Of a stretch of 64,000 nt of DNA, positions 36,701 through 49,116 are shown one piece after another. This DNA comes from Heptranchias perlo (Eukaryota), in NCBI RefSeq assembly GCF_035084215.1, contig NW_027139558.1, positions 62,001 to 126,000 on the forward strand. Reading direction: 5' to 3'. A program made the position numbers and the translations under genes. The notes under the pieces were generated by a model. It did no database searches. It saw only the letters and a program-made list of their open reading frames with translations, and was not told the origin of the DNA. How positions within the stretch are numbered: position 1 is the stretch's first letter; every line of letters begins with the position of its first letter.

Positions 36701-39700
36701 GTAAATATTAATGCAATCTCTGGCTCCCCTGTAAATATTAGTACAATCTCTGGATCCTCTGTAAATATTAGTGTAATCTCTGGATCCCCTGTAAATATTA
36801 GTACATTCTTTGGATCCCCTGTAAATATTAGCACAATCTCTGGATCCCCTGCAACTATTCGTACAATCTCTGGATCACCTGTAAATATTAGTACAATCTC
36901 TGGATCCCCTGTAAATATTGGTACAATCTCTGGATCCCCTATAAATATTCGTACAATCTCTGGATCTCCTGTAAATATTAGTACAATCTCTGGATCCCCT
37001 GTAAATATTAGTACAATCTCTGGATCCCCTGTAAATATTAGTACAATCTCTGAATCAGCTATTAATATTAGTACAATCTCTGGAACCCCTGTAAATATTA
37101 GTACAATCTCTGAATCAGCTATTAATATTAGTGCAATCTCTGGAACCCCTGTAAATATTAATACAATCTCTGGATCCCCTGTAAATATTAGTATAATCTC
37201 TGGATCCCCTGTCAAAATAAGTATAATCTCTGGATCCTCTTTAAATATTAGTATAATCTCTGGATCCACTGTAATTATAAGTGCAATCTCTGGATCTCCT
37301 GTAAATATTAGTACAATCTCTGGATCCTCTGTAAATATTGGTACAATCTCTGGATCGCCTGAAAATTTTTATGCAATCTCTGGCTCCCCTCTAAATATTA
37401 GTACAATCTCTGGATCCCCTGCCAATATTAGAACAATCTCTGCATCCTCTGTAAATATTTGTACAATCTCTGGATCCCCTGTCAATATTAGTACAATCTC
37501 TGGAACCCCAGTAAATATTAATACAATCTCTGGAACTCTCGGTAAATATTAGTACAATCACTAGATCCCCTGTAAATATTAATGCAATCTCTGGATCCCC
37601 TGTAAATATTAGTACAATCTCTGGATCCTCTGTAAATATTCGTACAATCTCTGGATCCCCTGTCAATATTAGTACAATCTCTGGAACCCCAGTAAATATT
37701 AATACAATCTCTGGAACTCTCTGTAAATATTAGTACAATCACTAGATCCCCTGTAAATATTAATACAATCTCTGGATCACCTGTTAATATTAGTACAATC
37801 TCTGGATCCCCTGTAAATATTCGTACAATCTCTGGCTCCCCTGTAAATATTAGTACAATCTCTGGATCCCCTCTAAATATCAGTACAATCACTGGACCTC
37901 TCTGTAAATATTTGTACAATCTCTGGGTCACCTCTAAAAATTAGTACAATCTCTGGATCCCCTGTATTTATTCGTACAATCTCTGGATCTCCTGTAAATA
38001 TTAGTACAATCTCGGGATTCCCTGTCAATATTAGTACAATCTCTGGGTCACCTTTAAATATTAGTGCAATCTCTGGATCCCCTGTAAATATTAGTACAAT
38101 CTCTGAATCAGCTATTACTATTCGTACAATCTCTGTAACCCCTGTCAATATTAGTACAATCTCTGGATCCCCTGTAAATGTTAGAAGAATCTCAACATCA
38201 CCGGTTAATATCTGTACAATCTCTGGATCCCCTGTAAATATTGGTACATTCTCTGGATCCCCTGTAAATATTAGTACAATCTCTGGATCCACTGTAAATA
38301 TTAGTACAATCTCTGGATCCCTATTAATATTAGTACAATCTCTGGATCCCCTGTAAATATTAGTACATTCTCTGGATCCCTATTAATATTAGTACAATCT
38401 CTGGATCCACTGTAAATATTAGTACAATCTCTGGATCCCCTGTAAATATTAGTACATTCTCTGGATCCCTATTAATATTAGTACAATCACTGCATCCCCT
38501 GTAAATATTAATGCAATCTCTGGCTCCCCTGTAAATATTAGTACAATCTCTGGATCCTCTGTAAATATTAGTGTAATCTCTGGATCCCCTGTAAATATTA
38601 GTACATTCTTTGGATCCCCTGTAAATATTAGTACAATCTCTGGATCCCCTGCAACTATTCGTACAATCTCTGGATCACCTGTAAATATTAGTACAATCTC
38701 TGGATCCCCTGTAAATATTAGTACAATCTCTGGATCCCCTATAAATATTCGTACAATCTCTGGATCTCCTGTAAATATTAGTACAATCTCTGGATCCCCT
38801 GTAAATATTAGTACAATCTCTGGATCCCCTGTAAATATTAGTACAATCTCTGAATCAGCTATTAATATTAGTACAATCTCTGGAACCCCTGTAAATATTA
38901 GTACAATCTCTGAATCAGCTATTAATATTAGTACAATCTCTGGAACCCCTGTAAATATTAATACAATCTCTGGATCCCCTGTAAATATTAGTATAATCTC
39001 TGGATCCCCTGTAAATATTCGTACAATCTCTGGATCCCCTGTAAATATTAGTACAATCTCTGAATCAGCTATTAATATTAGTACAATCTCTGGAACCCCT
39101 GTAAATATTAGTACAATCTCTGTAACCCCTGTCAATATTAGTACAATCTCTGGATCACCTGTAAATATTCGTGCAATCTGTGGCTCCCCCATAAATATTC
39201 GTACAATTTCTGAATCCCCTGTAAATGTTAGAAGAATCTCAACATCACCGGTTAATATCTGTACAATCTCTGGATCCACTGTAAATATTAGTACAATCTC
39301 TGGATCCCCTGTAAATATTAGTACAATCTCTGGATCCCCTGTAAATATTACTACATTCTCTGGAACCCCTATTAATATTAGTACAATCTCTGGATCCACT
39401 GTAAATATTGGTACAATCACTGCATCCCCTGTAAATATTAATGCAATCTCTGGCTCCCCTGTAAATATTAGTACAATCTCTGGATCCACTGTAAATATTG
39501 GTACAATCACTGCATCCCCTGTAAATATTAATGCAATCTCTGGCTCCCCTGTAAATATTAGTACAATCTCTGGATCCTCTGTAAATATTGGTGTAATCTC
39601 TGGATCTCCTGTAAATATTAGTACAGTCTCTGGATCCCCTGTAAATATTGGTACAATCTCTGGATCCCCTGTAAATATTAGTACATTCTCTGGATCCCCT

Positions 39701-40215
39701 GTAAATATTAGTACACTCTGTCGATACTCTGTAAATATTAATACAATCTCTGGATCCCCTGTAAATATTAGTACAATCTCTGGATCCCCTGTAACTATTC
39801 GTACAATCTCTGGATCACCTGTAAATATTAGTACAATTTCTGGATCCCCTGTAAATATTAGTACAATCTCTGGATCCCCTGTAAATATTAGTGCAGTCTC
39901 TGGATCACCTGTAAATATTAGTACAATCTCTGGATCTCCTGTAAATATTAGTGCAGTCTCTGGATCACCTGTAAATATTAGGACAATCTCTGGATCCCCT
40001 GTAAATATTAGTACAATCTCTGGATCCCCTGTAAATATTAGTGCAGTCTCTGGATCACCTTTAAATATTAGTACAATCTCTGGATCCCCTGTAAATATTA
40101 GTACAATCTCTGGATTACCTGTAAATATTATTACAATCTCTGGATCCCTTTTAAATATGAGTACAATCTCTAGATCTCTCTGTGAACATTAGTACCTTCT
40201 CTGGAACTCCTCTAA
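30728..40215. repeat. 30-bp satellite (~315 copies) filling the GPCR intron
   Basis: Unit ctggatcccctgtaaatattagtacaatct. Confidence 0.97.
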
Positions 40216-40740
40216 ATCTTAAATCTCACAAACTGAAGATTCCCATGAACATATTTTTACCATCCCCGGTCCCCCTATAATTTTATCTCCCATCCCGGGG
40301 ATCCCCTCTAATTTTTAAGCTGAATATAGAGACTTACAATCAACTCGAACAGCAGCGAGTGTGGGTCAGGAAATGACCAGGGCAGTAATACACTGAAATA
40401 TGGTTTATAGAATTAATAACTGGATATGGAGACTTCCCAGGATCTCCAACAGAGGCAAGTGTGGGACCTTAAAATAACAAGAATAATAATACAGTGAAAT
40501 ATGGTTTATAGAATTAATAACTGGAGATTGAGACTTCCCAGGATCTCCAACAGAGGCAAGTGTGGGACTTTTAAATGACAAGAATAATAATCCATTGAAA
40601 TATGCTTTCTAGAATTAATAACTGGAAATAGAGACTTACCAGGATCTCCAACAGAGGCAAGTGTGGGACTTTTAAATGACAAGAATAATAATCAATTGAA
40701 ATATGCTTTATAGAATTAATAACTGGGTTTTGAGGCTTAC

Positions 40741-41029
40741 CAGTGACACCGACAGCAGCGAGGAGGGGATAGTAAATTACTTGTATCCCCATAAGCACAT
40801 AACTTATCCGATTGCTTAATGGTATTGAATCATAATCTTCAAACAGATATTGAATCATCCAGAATGGACTGCGGTGAACTATCCTTCCCAGGTTACGACC
40901 CAGTGTTGTAACATTACAATCTATCCTTCCCAGATTACGACCCAGTGTTGTAACGTTACAATCTATCCTTCCCAGATTACGACCCAGTGTTGTAACATTC
41001 CAATCTATCCTTCCCAGATTCTGATCCAT
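40741..41029 (-). CDS. GPR139/GPR142-like GPCR, exon 1 (N-terminus and start of TM1)
   Basis: ATG at 41029, 96 codons plus 1 nt ending IYYPLLAAVGVT-G|GTAAG. Phase 1 matches exon 2, giving a 395-aa protein. Confidence 0.85.
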
Positions 41030-42542
41030 TGCCGATCCCGATCTATTCTTTCCCTCTCTCTGATCCCTGTTAGTGCCGGAGGTGATGCTCCCACTGACAC
41101 TCTGTGATAACACGGTGAAAGGAGTCGCTTATTTCTAGCAGAGAGAAACACTCCAGTGACACAATTAGGGCCCATGGAGACTGACATTAATTACAGTCAC
41201 TGAACAAACAGATTCAGTTTGAACAACTTTAAACCCCACACTTTTTATATCACAACATATATTTAACCAAATATTACACAGATTGAAAGCCCAAAGCCCA
41301 GTGTATTATTTTAATAAATATTTGGAAGAGCAGAAACTATGAGACCCTCAGTCTGACAGCACTGATGTGAAGGGAGAACAGTTTCATTTACAGACTGCAG
41401 ATTTTTTTGTTCAAAAAAAATACTTCATTCATAAAATTTGCTGCAATACATACAATACAGTTGTCATATCACATTCCAAACGTACACAATACAGATCATA
41501 CAATTTACAGGTTACATCAAGTACAGTTCAATGAAGACATTGGACATAATTACAGTTCATGACACTCGAGGGTGCCTCATTGCATTCCACTCAATACAGA
41601 TTATTGATAACAGGTACGCTACAGATTATTTCTGAGTGAAATCCTTTAATTTCAGAGAGTTTCTCCCCACTTCTCAAGGGTTGGGTTTACGATCAGAGAT
41701 GGAAACTGAACCATTTTACAAGTCAGTGTGGAGACCACCCTGTGAATATTGGGGCAATCTCTGGATACCCCGGTCAATATTGGCAAGTCTATGGGTCCTC
41801 CTGGAAATATTGGGCCAGTCTCTGGATCTCCCTGTAAATATTCTTACATACTGCAGAAGCCACACTAAAGGCAGCTGGTTCCTTGTGATAATAACCGTGG
41901 GCCACTGGGTGTCGGTGTAACAGCACCAGATGTCGAGGGGCTGCTGGGGGTGTCAGTGAAATGACAGCACAGGAGGAGCCCCCTGCGACAGAGGGGCCTG
42001 AGCCAGTGGGAGCTCTTCAACTGGGTCTGTCTGCCTCGAAAAGAGGCGGACAGAGGAAGGCCAGGGAATGGGTTAAACAGTTTGTAACTCATTGACAGTG
42101 AGGAGCTTTCCGACATCGAGAGAATGTGAAGGGGATTTTATAAATATCGTACTGTCTCTCCCTCTGTCTGCCGATGTTTGTCTCTTTCTCTCACTCTCTC
42201 TGTCTCTCTCACTCTCACAATCTCTCACACTCTCTCTTTGTATCTTTGTCTCACTCTCTCTGTTTCCCAATCTCTCTTAGTCTCTTTCTCACCCTCTCTG
42301 TCTCCCTCACTCTCTTGGTCTCTCTCCATCTCTCTCTCATTCTCTCACTCCCTCTGTCTCTCTCACTCTCTCCATCATTTTCATTCTGTCCCCCTCACTG
42401 TCTGCTTCTGTCTCTCTCACACTCTCGCTCTCTCTCCTGCTGCATCTCTCACTCTAATTCTCTCTCTGTCTGTGGGTATCCAAAAAAATTTATGAAATAA
42501 AGTAAAATTTGGGAGAAAAATCAACCTCATTCATTCTACACG

Positions 42543-43705
42543 TTGAGGACTGGGTCCAGTTCTGGTCAGACTGCACCTTGAGGACTGGGTCCAGTTCTGG
42601 TCAGACTGCACCTTGAGGACTGGGTCCAGTTCTGGTCAGACTGCACCTTGAGGACTGGGTCCAGTTCTGGTCAGACTGCACCTTGAGGACTGGGCCCAGT
42701 TCTGGTCAGACTGCACCTTGAGGACTGGGTCCAGTTCTGGTCAGACTGCACCTTGAGGACTGGGTCCAGTTCTGGTCAGACTGCACCTTGAGGACTGGGT
42801 CCAGTTCTGGTCAGACTGCACCTTGAGGACTGGGTCCAGTTCTGGTCAGACTGCACCTTGAGGACTGGGTCCAGTTCTGGTCAGACTGCACCTTGAGGAC
42901 TGGGTCCAGTTCTGGTCAGACTGCACCTTGAGAACTGGGTCCAGTTCTGGTGGGACTGCACCTTGAGGACTGGGTCCAGTTCTGGTGGGACTGCACCTTG
43001 AGGACTGGGTCCAGTTCTGGTCAGACTGCACCTTGAGGACTGGGTCCAGTTCTGGTGGGACTGCACCTTGAGGACTGGGTCCAGTTCTGGTTGGACTGCA
43101 CCTTGAGGACTGGGTCCAGTTCTGGTTGGACTACATCTTGAGGACTGGGTCCAGTTCTGGTGGGACTGCACCTTGAGGACTGGGTCCAGTTCTGGTCGGA
43201 CTACATCTTGAGGACTGGGTCCAGTTCTGGTCAGACTGCACCTTGAGGACTGGGTCCAGTTCTGGTCGGACTACATCTTGAGGACTGGGTCCAGTTCTGG
43301 TCAGACTGCACCTTGAGGACTGGGTCCAGTTCTGGTGGGACTGCACCTTGAGGACTGGGTCCAGTTCTGGTGGGACTGCACCTTGAGGACTGGGTCCAGT
43401 TCTGGTCGGACTACATCTTGAGGACTGGGTCCAGTTCTGGTCAGACTGCACCTTGAGGACTGGGTCCAGTTCTGGTGGGACTGCACCTTGAGGACTGGGT
43501 CCAGTTCTGGTCGGACTACATCTTGAGGACTGGGTCCAGTTCTGGTCAGACTGCACCTTGAGGACTGGGTCCAGTTCTGGTGGGACTGCACCTTGAGGAC
43601 TGGGTCCAGTTCTGGTCAGACTGCACCTTGAGGACTGGGTCCAGTTCTGGTCAGACTGCACCTTGAGGACTGGGTCCATGTACTGGGAAGACTGCAACTT
43701 GAGGA
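42543..43705 (-). repeat. 35-bp minisatellite B (~33 copies), inverted
   Basis: Unit ctgcaccttgaggactgggtccagttctggtcaga. Also at 44905-45105. Confidence 0.95.
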
Positions 43706-43707
43706 CT

Positions 43708-44520
43708 GGAGAGAGTGGAGCAGTGGGATTGGTGTGAGATTGATACAGGACTATGGGGAGAGAGTGGGGCAGTGGGAATAGTGTGAGATTGATACAGGAC
43801 TATGGGGAGAGAGTGGGGCAGTGGGATTAGTGTGAGATTGATACAGGACTATGAGCAAAGAGTGGGGCAGTGGGATTAGTGTGAGATTGATACAGGACTG
43901 TGGGGATATAATGGGGCAGTGGGATTAGTGTGAGATTGATACAGGACTATGGGGAGATTGTGGGGAATTGGGATCAGTTTGAGATTGACACAGGACTATG
44001 GGGAGAGAGTGGGTCAGTGGGATCAGAGTGAGATTGATACAGGATTATGGGGAGAGAGTGGGGCAGTGGGATTATTGTGAGATTGATACAGGACTATGGG
44101 GAGAGAGTGGGGCAGTGGGATTAAGGTGAGATTGATTCTGGACTATGGGGAGAGAGTGGGGCAGTGGGATTATTGTGAGATTGATACAGGACTATGGGGA
44201 GAGAGTGGGGCAGTGGGATTAGTGTGAGATTGATACAGGGCTATGGGGAGAGAGTGGGGCAGTGGGAATAGTGTGAGATTGATACAGGACTATGGGGAGA
44301 GAGCGGGGCAGTGGGATTAGTGTGAGATTGATACAGGACGATGGGGAGAGAGTGGGGCAGTGGGATTAGTGTGAAATTGATACAGGACGATGGGGTGAGA
44401 GCGGGGCAGTGGGATTAGTGTGAGATTGATACAGTATTATGGGGAGGGAGTGGGGCAGTGGGATTAGCTCCAGATTGATACGGGGCTATGGGGAGCAGGT
44501 GGGGCAGTGGGATTAGTGTG
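43708..44520 (-). repeat. ~50-bp minisatellite E, inverted
   Basis: Reverse complement of 21678-22250. Confidence 0.9.
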
Positions 44521-45084
44521 GGACAGACAGAGAAAGGGCCGGGATTCGGTGAAACAGTTAGTTGCTCATTGACAGTGAGGAGCTTTCCGACACCTCGAGG
44601 ATGTGAAGGGGATTTTATAAATAAAATCTCTCACTCCCTCTGTCTCTCTCACTCTCTCTGTCTCTCTCACTCTGTCTCGTTCATTCTCTCTTTCTCTCAC
44701 TCCCTCTGTCTTTCTCACTCTCCAGTCTTTTTTACTCTGTCGTCCTCACTGTCCGCTTCGCGCTCTCACTCACTCTCGCTCTCTCTCCTGCTGCCTCTCT
44801 CTCTCACTCGAATTCTCTCCCTCTCTCTCTCTCTCTGTATCCGTAAATTTTCAGAAATAATGTAAAATTTGTGAATAAAAAATCAAACCTCATTCATTCT
44901 ACAACTTGAGGACTGGGTCCAGTTCTGGTCAGACTGCACCTTGAGGACTGGGTCCAGTTCTGGTCAGACTGCACCTTGAGGACTGGGTCCAGTTCTGGTC
45001 AGACTGCACCTTGAGGACTGGGTCCAGTTCTGGTCAGACTGCACCTTGAGGACTGGGTCCAGTTCTGGTCAGACTGCATCTTGA

Positions 45085-45290
45085 GAACTGGGTCAATTTC
45101 TGGTCACCGAGATACCAGGGAGACAATCGACTGCTGGAGGAAGCACAGAGAAGAGTCTCGAGGCAGCTCCCCAGTATCAGGGGCGGGTCTGAGTAATGAG
45201 GAAAGACTGGAGAGACTTGGGCTTCTGAGAGTGGATGTGAAGTGTGTGAGAGGAGACCTTGGAGAGGGATACAAGATAGGAAAGGGACAG
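45085..45290 (+). mobile_element. degenerate CR1 ORF2 fragment contiguous with minisatellite B
   Basis: QFWSPRY..LEEAQRR..EERLERLGL..RGDL.EGYKI.KG. Confidence 0.75.
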
Positions 45291-45309
45291 GAAATGACTT
45301 TATATTAAA

Positions 45310-46293
45310 TTCCCTCACACTGTGTACGGTCCCACACTGTAACTGTGTTTATGTACAGTTCCCTCACTCTGTGTATTCCCACACTGTAACTGTGTTTATG
45401 TACAGTTCCCTCACTCTGTGTATTCCCACACTGTAACTGTGTTTATGAACAGTTCCCTCACTCTGTGTATTCCCACACTGTAACTGTGTTTATGTACAGT
45501 TCCCTCACTCTGTGTATTCCCACACTGTAACTGTGTTTATGTACAGTTCCCTCACTCTGTGTATTCCCACACTGTAACTGTGTTTATGTACAGTTCCCTC
45601 ACTCTGTGTATTCCCACACTGTAACTGTGTTTATGTACAGTTCCCTCACTCTGTGTATTCCCACACTGTAACTGTGTTTATGTACAGTTCCTTCACTCTG
45701 TGTATTCCCACACTGTAACTGTGTTTATGTACAGTTCCCTCACTCTGTGTATTCCCACACTGTAACTGTGTTTATGTACAGTTCCCTCACTCTGTGTATT
45801 CCCACACTGTAACTGTGTTTATGTACAGTTCCCTCACTCTGTGTATTCCCACACTGTAACTGTGTTTATGTACAGTTCCCTCACTCTGTGTATTCCCACA
45901 CTGTAACTGTGTTTATGTACAGTTCCCTCACTCTGTGTATTCCCACACTGTAACTGTGTTTATGTACAGTTCCCTCACTCTGTGTATTCCCACACTGTAA
46001 CTGTGTTTATGTACAGTTCCCTCACTCTGTGTATTCCCACACTGTAACTGTGTTTATGTACAGTTCCCTCACTCTGTGTATTCCCACACTGTAACTGTGT
46101 TTATGTACAGTTCCCTCACTCTGTGTATTCCCACACTGTAACTGTGTTTATGTACAGTTCCCTCACTCTGTGTATTCCCACACTGTAACTGTGTTTATGT
46201 ACAGTTCCCTCACTCTGTGTATTCCCACACTGTAACTGTGTTTATGTACAGTTCCCTCACTCTGTGTATTCCCACACTGTAACTGTGTTTATG
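45310..46293 (-). repeat. 47-bp minisatellite A (~20 copies), inverted
   Basis: Reverse complement of 20566-21414. Confidence 0.95.
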
Positions 46294-46391
46294 TTGAATT
46301 CTCCGGTCCGTTATTTTGATAAACTGACCAACACCCTCACACTGTGAAGAGTAAAATTTGCTGCCCAATAACCCAATTTCTTATCCGCACC

Positions 46392-46775
46392 TGCGGCTGG
46401 AAGACCATTAACTCGGTGAAGGAGGCCCTTTGGCCCGTCTGAAACCTGCTGGCCTTCCAGCTGAAGGAGCTGTCCACAACCGAGTGTTGCCAACTGGCAC
46501 ACTCCAAGGTCCAGGAGTACGTGCTGCGGGACGCACTGAGGCGAGGTGCGGCCTACGCAACGGCTGTATGGGGAGAGGCCACCGTGTGAGGTCACCCCAC
46601 CCTGTATCGTACACCATGAATCATAAGAAATGGACTGTGTTTGAATTGTAACATTGGGATCGTATTGTGTACGATCTGTATTGTATTAGTTTGAATTGTA
46701 CTGGTTTGGAATTGTGATATTTACATTGAACTGAGTATCTTTAAATTCTATAAAATAAAGTATATTTTAAAATTT
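46392..46775 (+). mobile_element. Tx1-like LINE 3' end
   Basis: Homologous to 27200-27580. A third copy lies at ~56915-57140 (-). Confidence 0.75.
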
Positions 46776-47164
46776 CAATAAAGTTTTTGTTCTGAGAGTC
46801 TGTCTCCGTTCGGTAAATATAAACCTGTTTATTGGTGCAATGGACAAAATCACAACTGTATTTCCATATCTAAAGCCGCCTGCTTATTCTTTTTAGTAAC
46901 AAGGCCCCTGTGGGAGGTCCCCCTGCTCAGAATAAGCCTGGCTGTGAAATCTGAGAGGAAGTGGAAGGAGAAGCAACCAGACTTGATGTTATCGTTGAGT
47001 TTCGAACATCTGTCAACTGGTAATAACAAATAGTCACTGTGCTTCGAGTAAACCAAGGGCTGGAGAGTGAGAAGCTTCTCAAGCTTTCATTCAGGGTTAA
47101 TTCCAACACCTGAACCTGCCAGTTGTCTGTTACACATCAAGCAAACATTCCACATTTCAACTAC

Positions 47165-48810
47165 TCCCTCAACACTGTCCCATCAAACACTCCCAGGGCA
47201 GGTCCAGGGTTAGATACAGAGTAAAGCTGCCTCTGCACTATCCCATCAAACACTCCCAGGGCAGGTCCAGCACGGGTTAGATATAGAGTAAAGCTCCCTC
47301 AACACTGTCCCATCAAACATTCCCAGGGCAAGTACAGCATGGGTTGGATACAGAGCAAATCTCCCTCGACACTGTCCCATCAAACACTCCCAGGGCAAGT
47401 ACAGCACGGGTTCGATACAGAGTAAAGCTCCCTCTGCACTGTCCCATCAAACACTCCCAGGGCAAGTCCAGCACGGGTTAGATACAGAGGAAAGTTCCCG
47501 ATACACTGTCCCATGAAACACTCCCAGGGCAGGTCCAGCACGGGCTAGATACTGAGGAAAGTTCCCTCTACACTGACCCATCAAACATTCCCAGCACAGG
47601 TACAGCACGAGTTAGATACAGAGTAAAGCTCCCTCGACACTATCCCATCAAACACTCCCAGGGCAGGTACAGCACGGGTAAGATACAGACTAAAGCTCCC
47701 TCGACACTGTCCCATCAAACACTCCCATGCAGCTACAGCACGGGTTCGAAACAGAGTAAAGCTCCCTCTACACTGTCCCATCAAACACTCCCAGGGCAGG
47801 AACAGCACGGGCTATGAACAGAGTAAAGCTCCCTCCACTCTGTCCCATCAAACACTCCCAGGGCAGGAACAGCACAGGTTCGATACAGAGTAAAGCTCCC
47901 TCTGCAGTGTCCCATCAAACACTCCCAGGGCAGGTGCAGCACGGGTTAGTAACAGAGCAAATCTCCCTCTGCACTGTCCCATCAAACACTCCCAGGGCAA
48001 GTACAGCATGGGTTGGATACAGAGTAAAGCTCCCTCTGCACTGTCCCATCAACCATTCCCAGGGCAGGTACAGCACGGGTTAGATACAGAGTAAAGCTCC
48101 CTCGACACAGTCCCATCAAACAATCCCAGTACAGGTACAGCACGGGTTAGATACAGAGTAAAGCTCCCTCTACACTGTCCCATCAAACACTCCCAGGGCA
48201 GGAACAGCACGGGCTATGAACAGAGTAAAGCTCCCTCCACTCTGTCCCATCAAACACTCCCAGGGCAGGAACAGCACAGGTTCGATACAGAGTAAAGCTC
48301 CCTCTGCAGTGTCCCATCAAACACTCCCAGGGCAGGTGCAGCACGGGTTAGTAACAGAGCAAATCTCCCTCTGCACTGTCCCATCAAACACTCCCAGGGC
48401 AAGTACAGCATGGGTTGGATACAGAGTAAAGCTCCCTCTGCACTGTCCCATCAACCATTCCCAGGGCAGGTACAGCACGGGTTAGATACAGAGTAAAGCT
48501 CCCTCTACACTGTCCCATCAAACACTCCCAGGACAGGTGCAGCACGGGTTAGATGCAGAGTAAAGCTCCCCCTGTGCTGTCCCATCAAACATTCCCAGGG
48601 CAGGTACAGCACGGATTAGATACAGAGTAAAGCTCCCTCGACACAGTCCCATCAAACACTCCCAGAGCAGGTACAGGGTTTGATACAGAGTAAAGCTCCC
48701 TTTACACTGTCCCATCAAACACTCCCAGGGCAGGTACAGGGTTTGATACAGAGTAAAGCTCCCTCTACACCGTCCCGTCAAACACTCCCAGGGCAGGTAC
48801 AGCACGGGTC
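47165..48810. repeat. 67-bp minisatellite (~24 copies)
   Basis: Unit acactgtcccatcaaacactcccagggcaggtacagcacgggttagatacagagtaaagctccctct. Confidence 0.95.
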
Positions 48811-49116
48811 CGATCCAGAGTATAGAAGGAGTCGAGAGGTGGTGGTGAGGTGGAGCTGGGTATCGTCAGTGTACATGTGGAACCTGATGTCATGTCTTCG
48901 GATGATATCACCGAGGGGCAGCATGTAGATGAGAAATGGGAGGGGGCCAAGGGTAGATCCTTGGGGGACTCCAGAGGTAACGGTGCGGGGGTGGGAAGAG
49001 ACGCCATTGCAGGTGATTCTCTGGCTACGACTGGAGAGATCAGAATGGAACCCTTGGGAAACACACTTGGGAACGGACGGTCATTGAACTGTTCCACACA
49101 CACTCCTTAAACCACA

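Noticed and set aside
30723-39510. Many GDPEIVLIFT / RGSRDCTNIY repeat ORFs
   Set aside because: Translations of the 30-bp intronic satellite, with frequent frameshifts and no gene structure.
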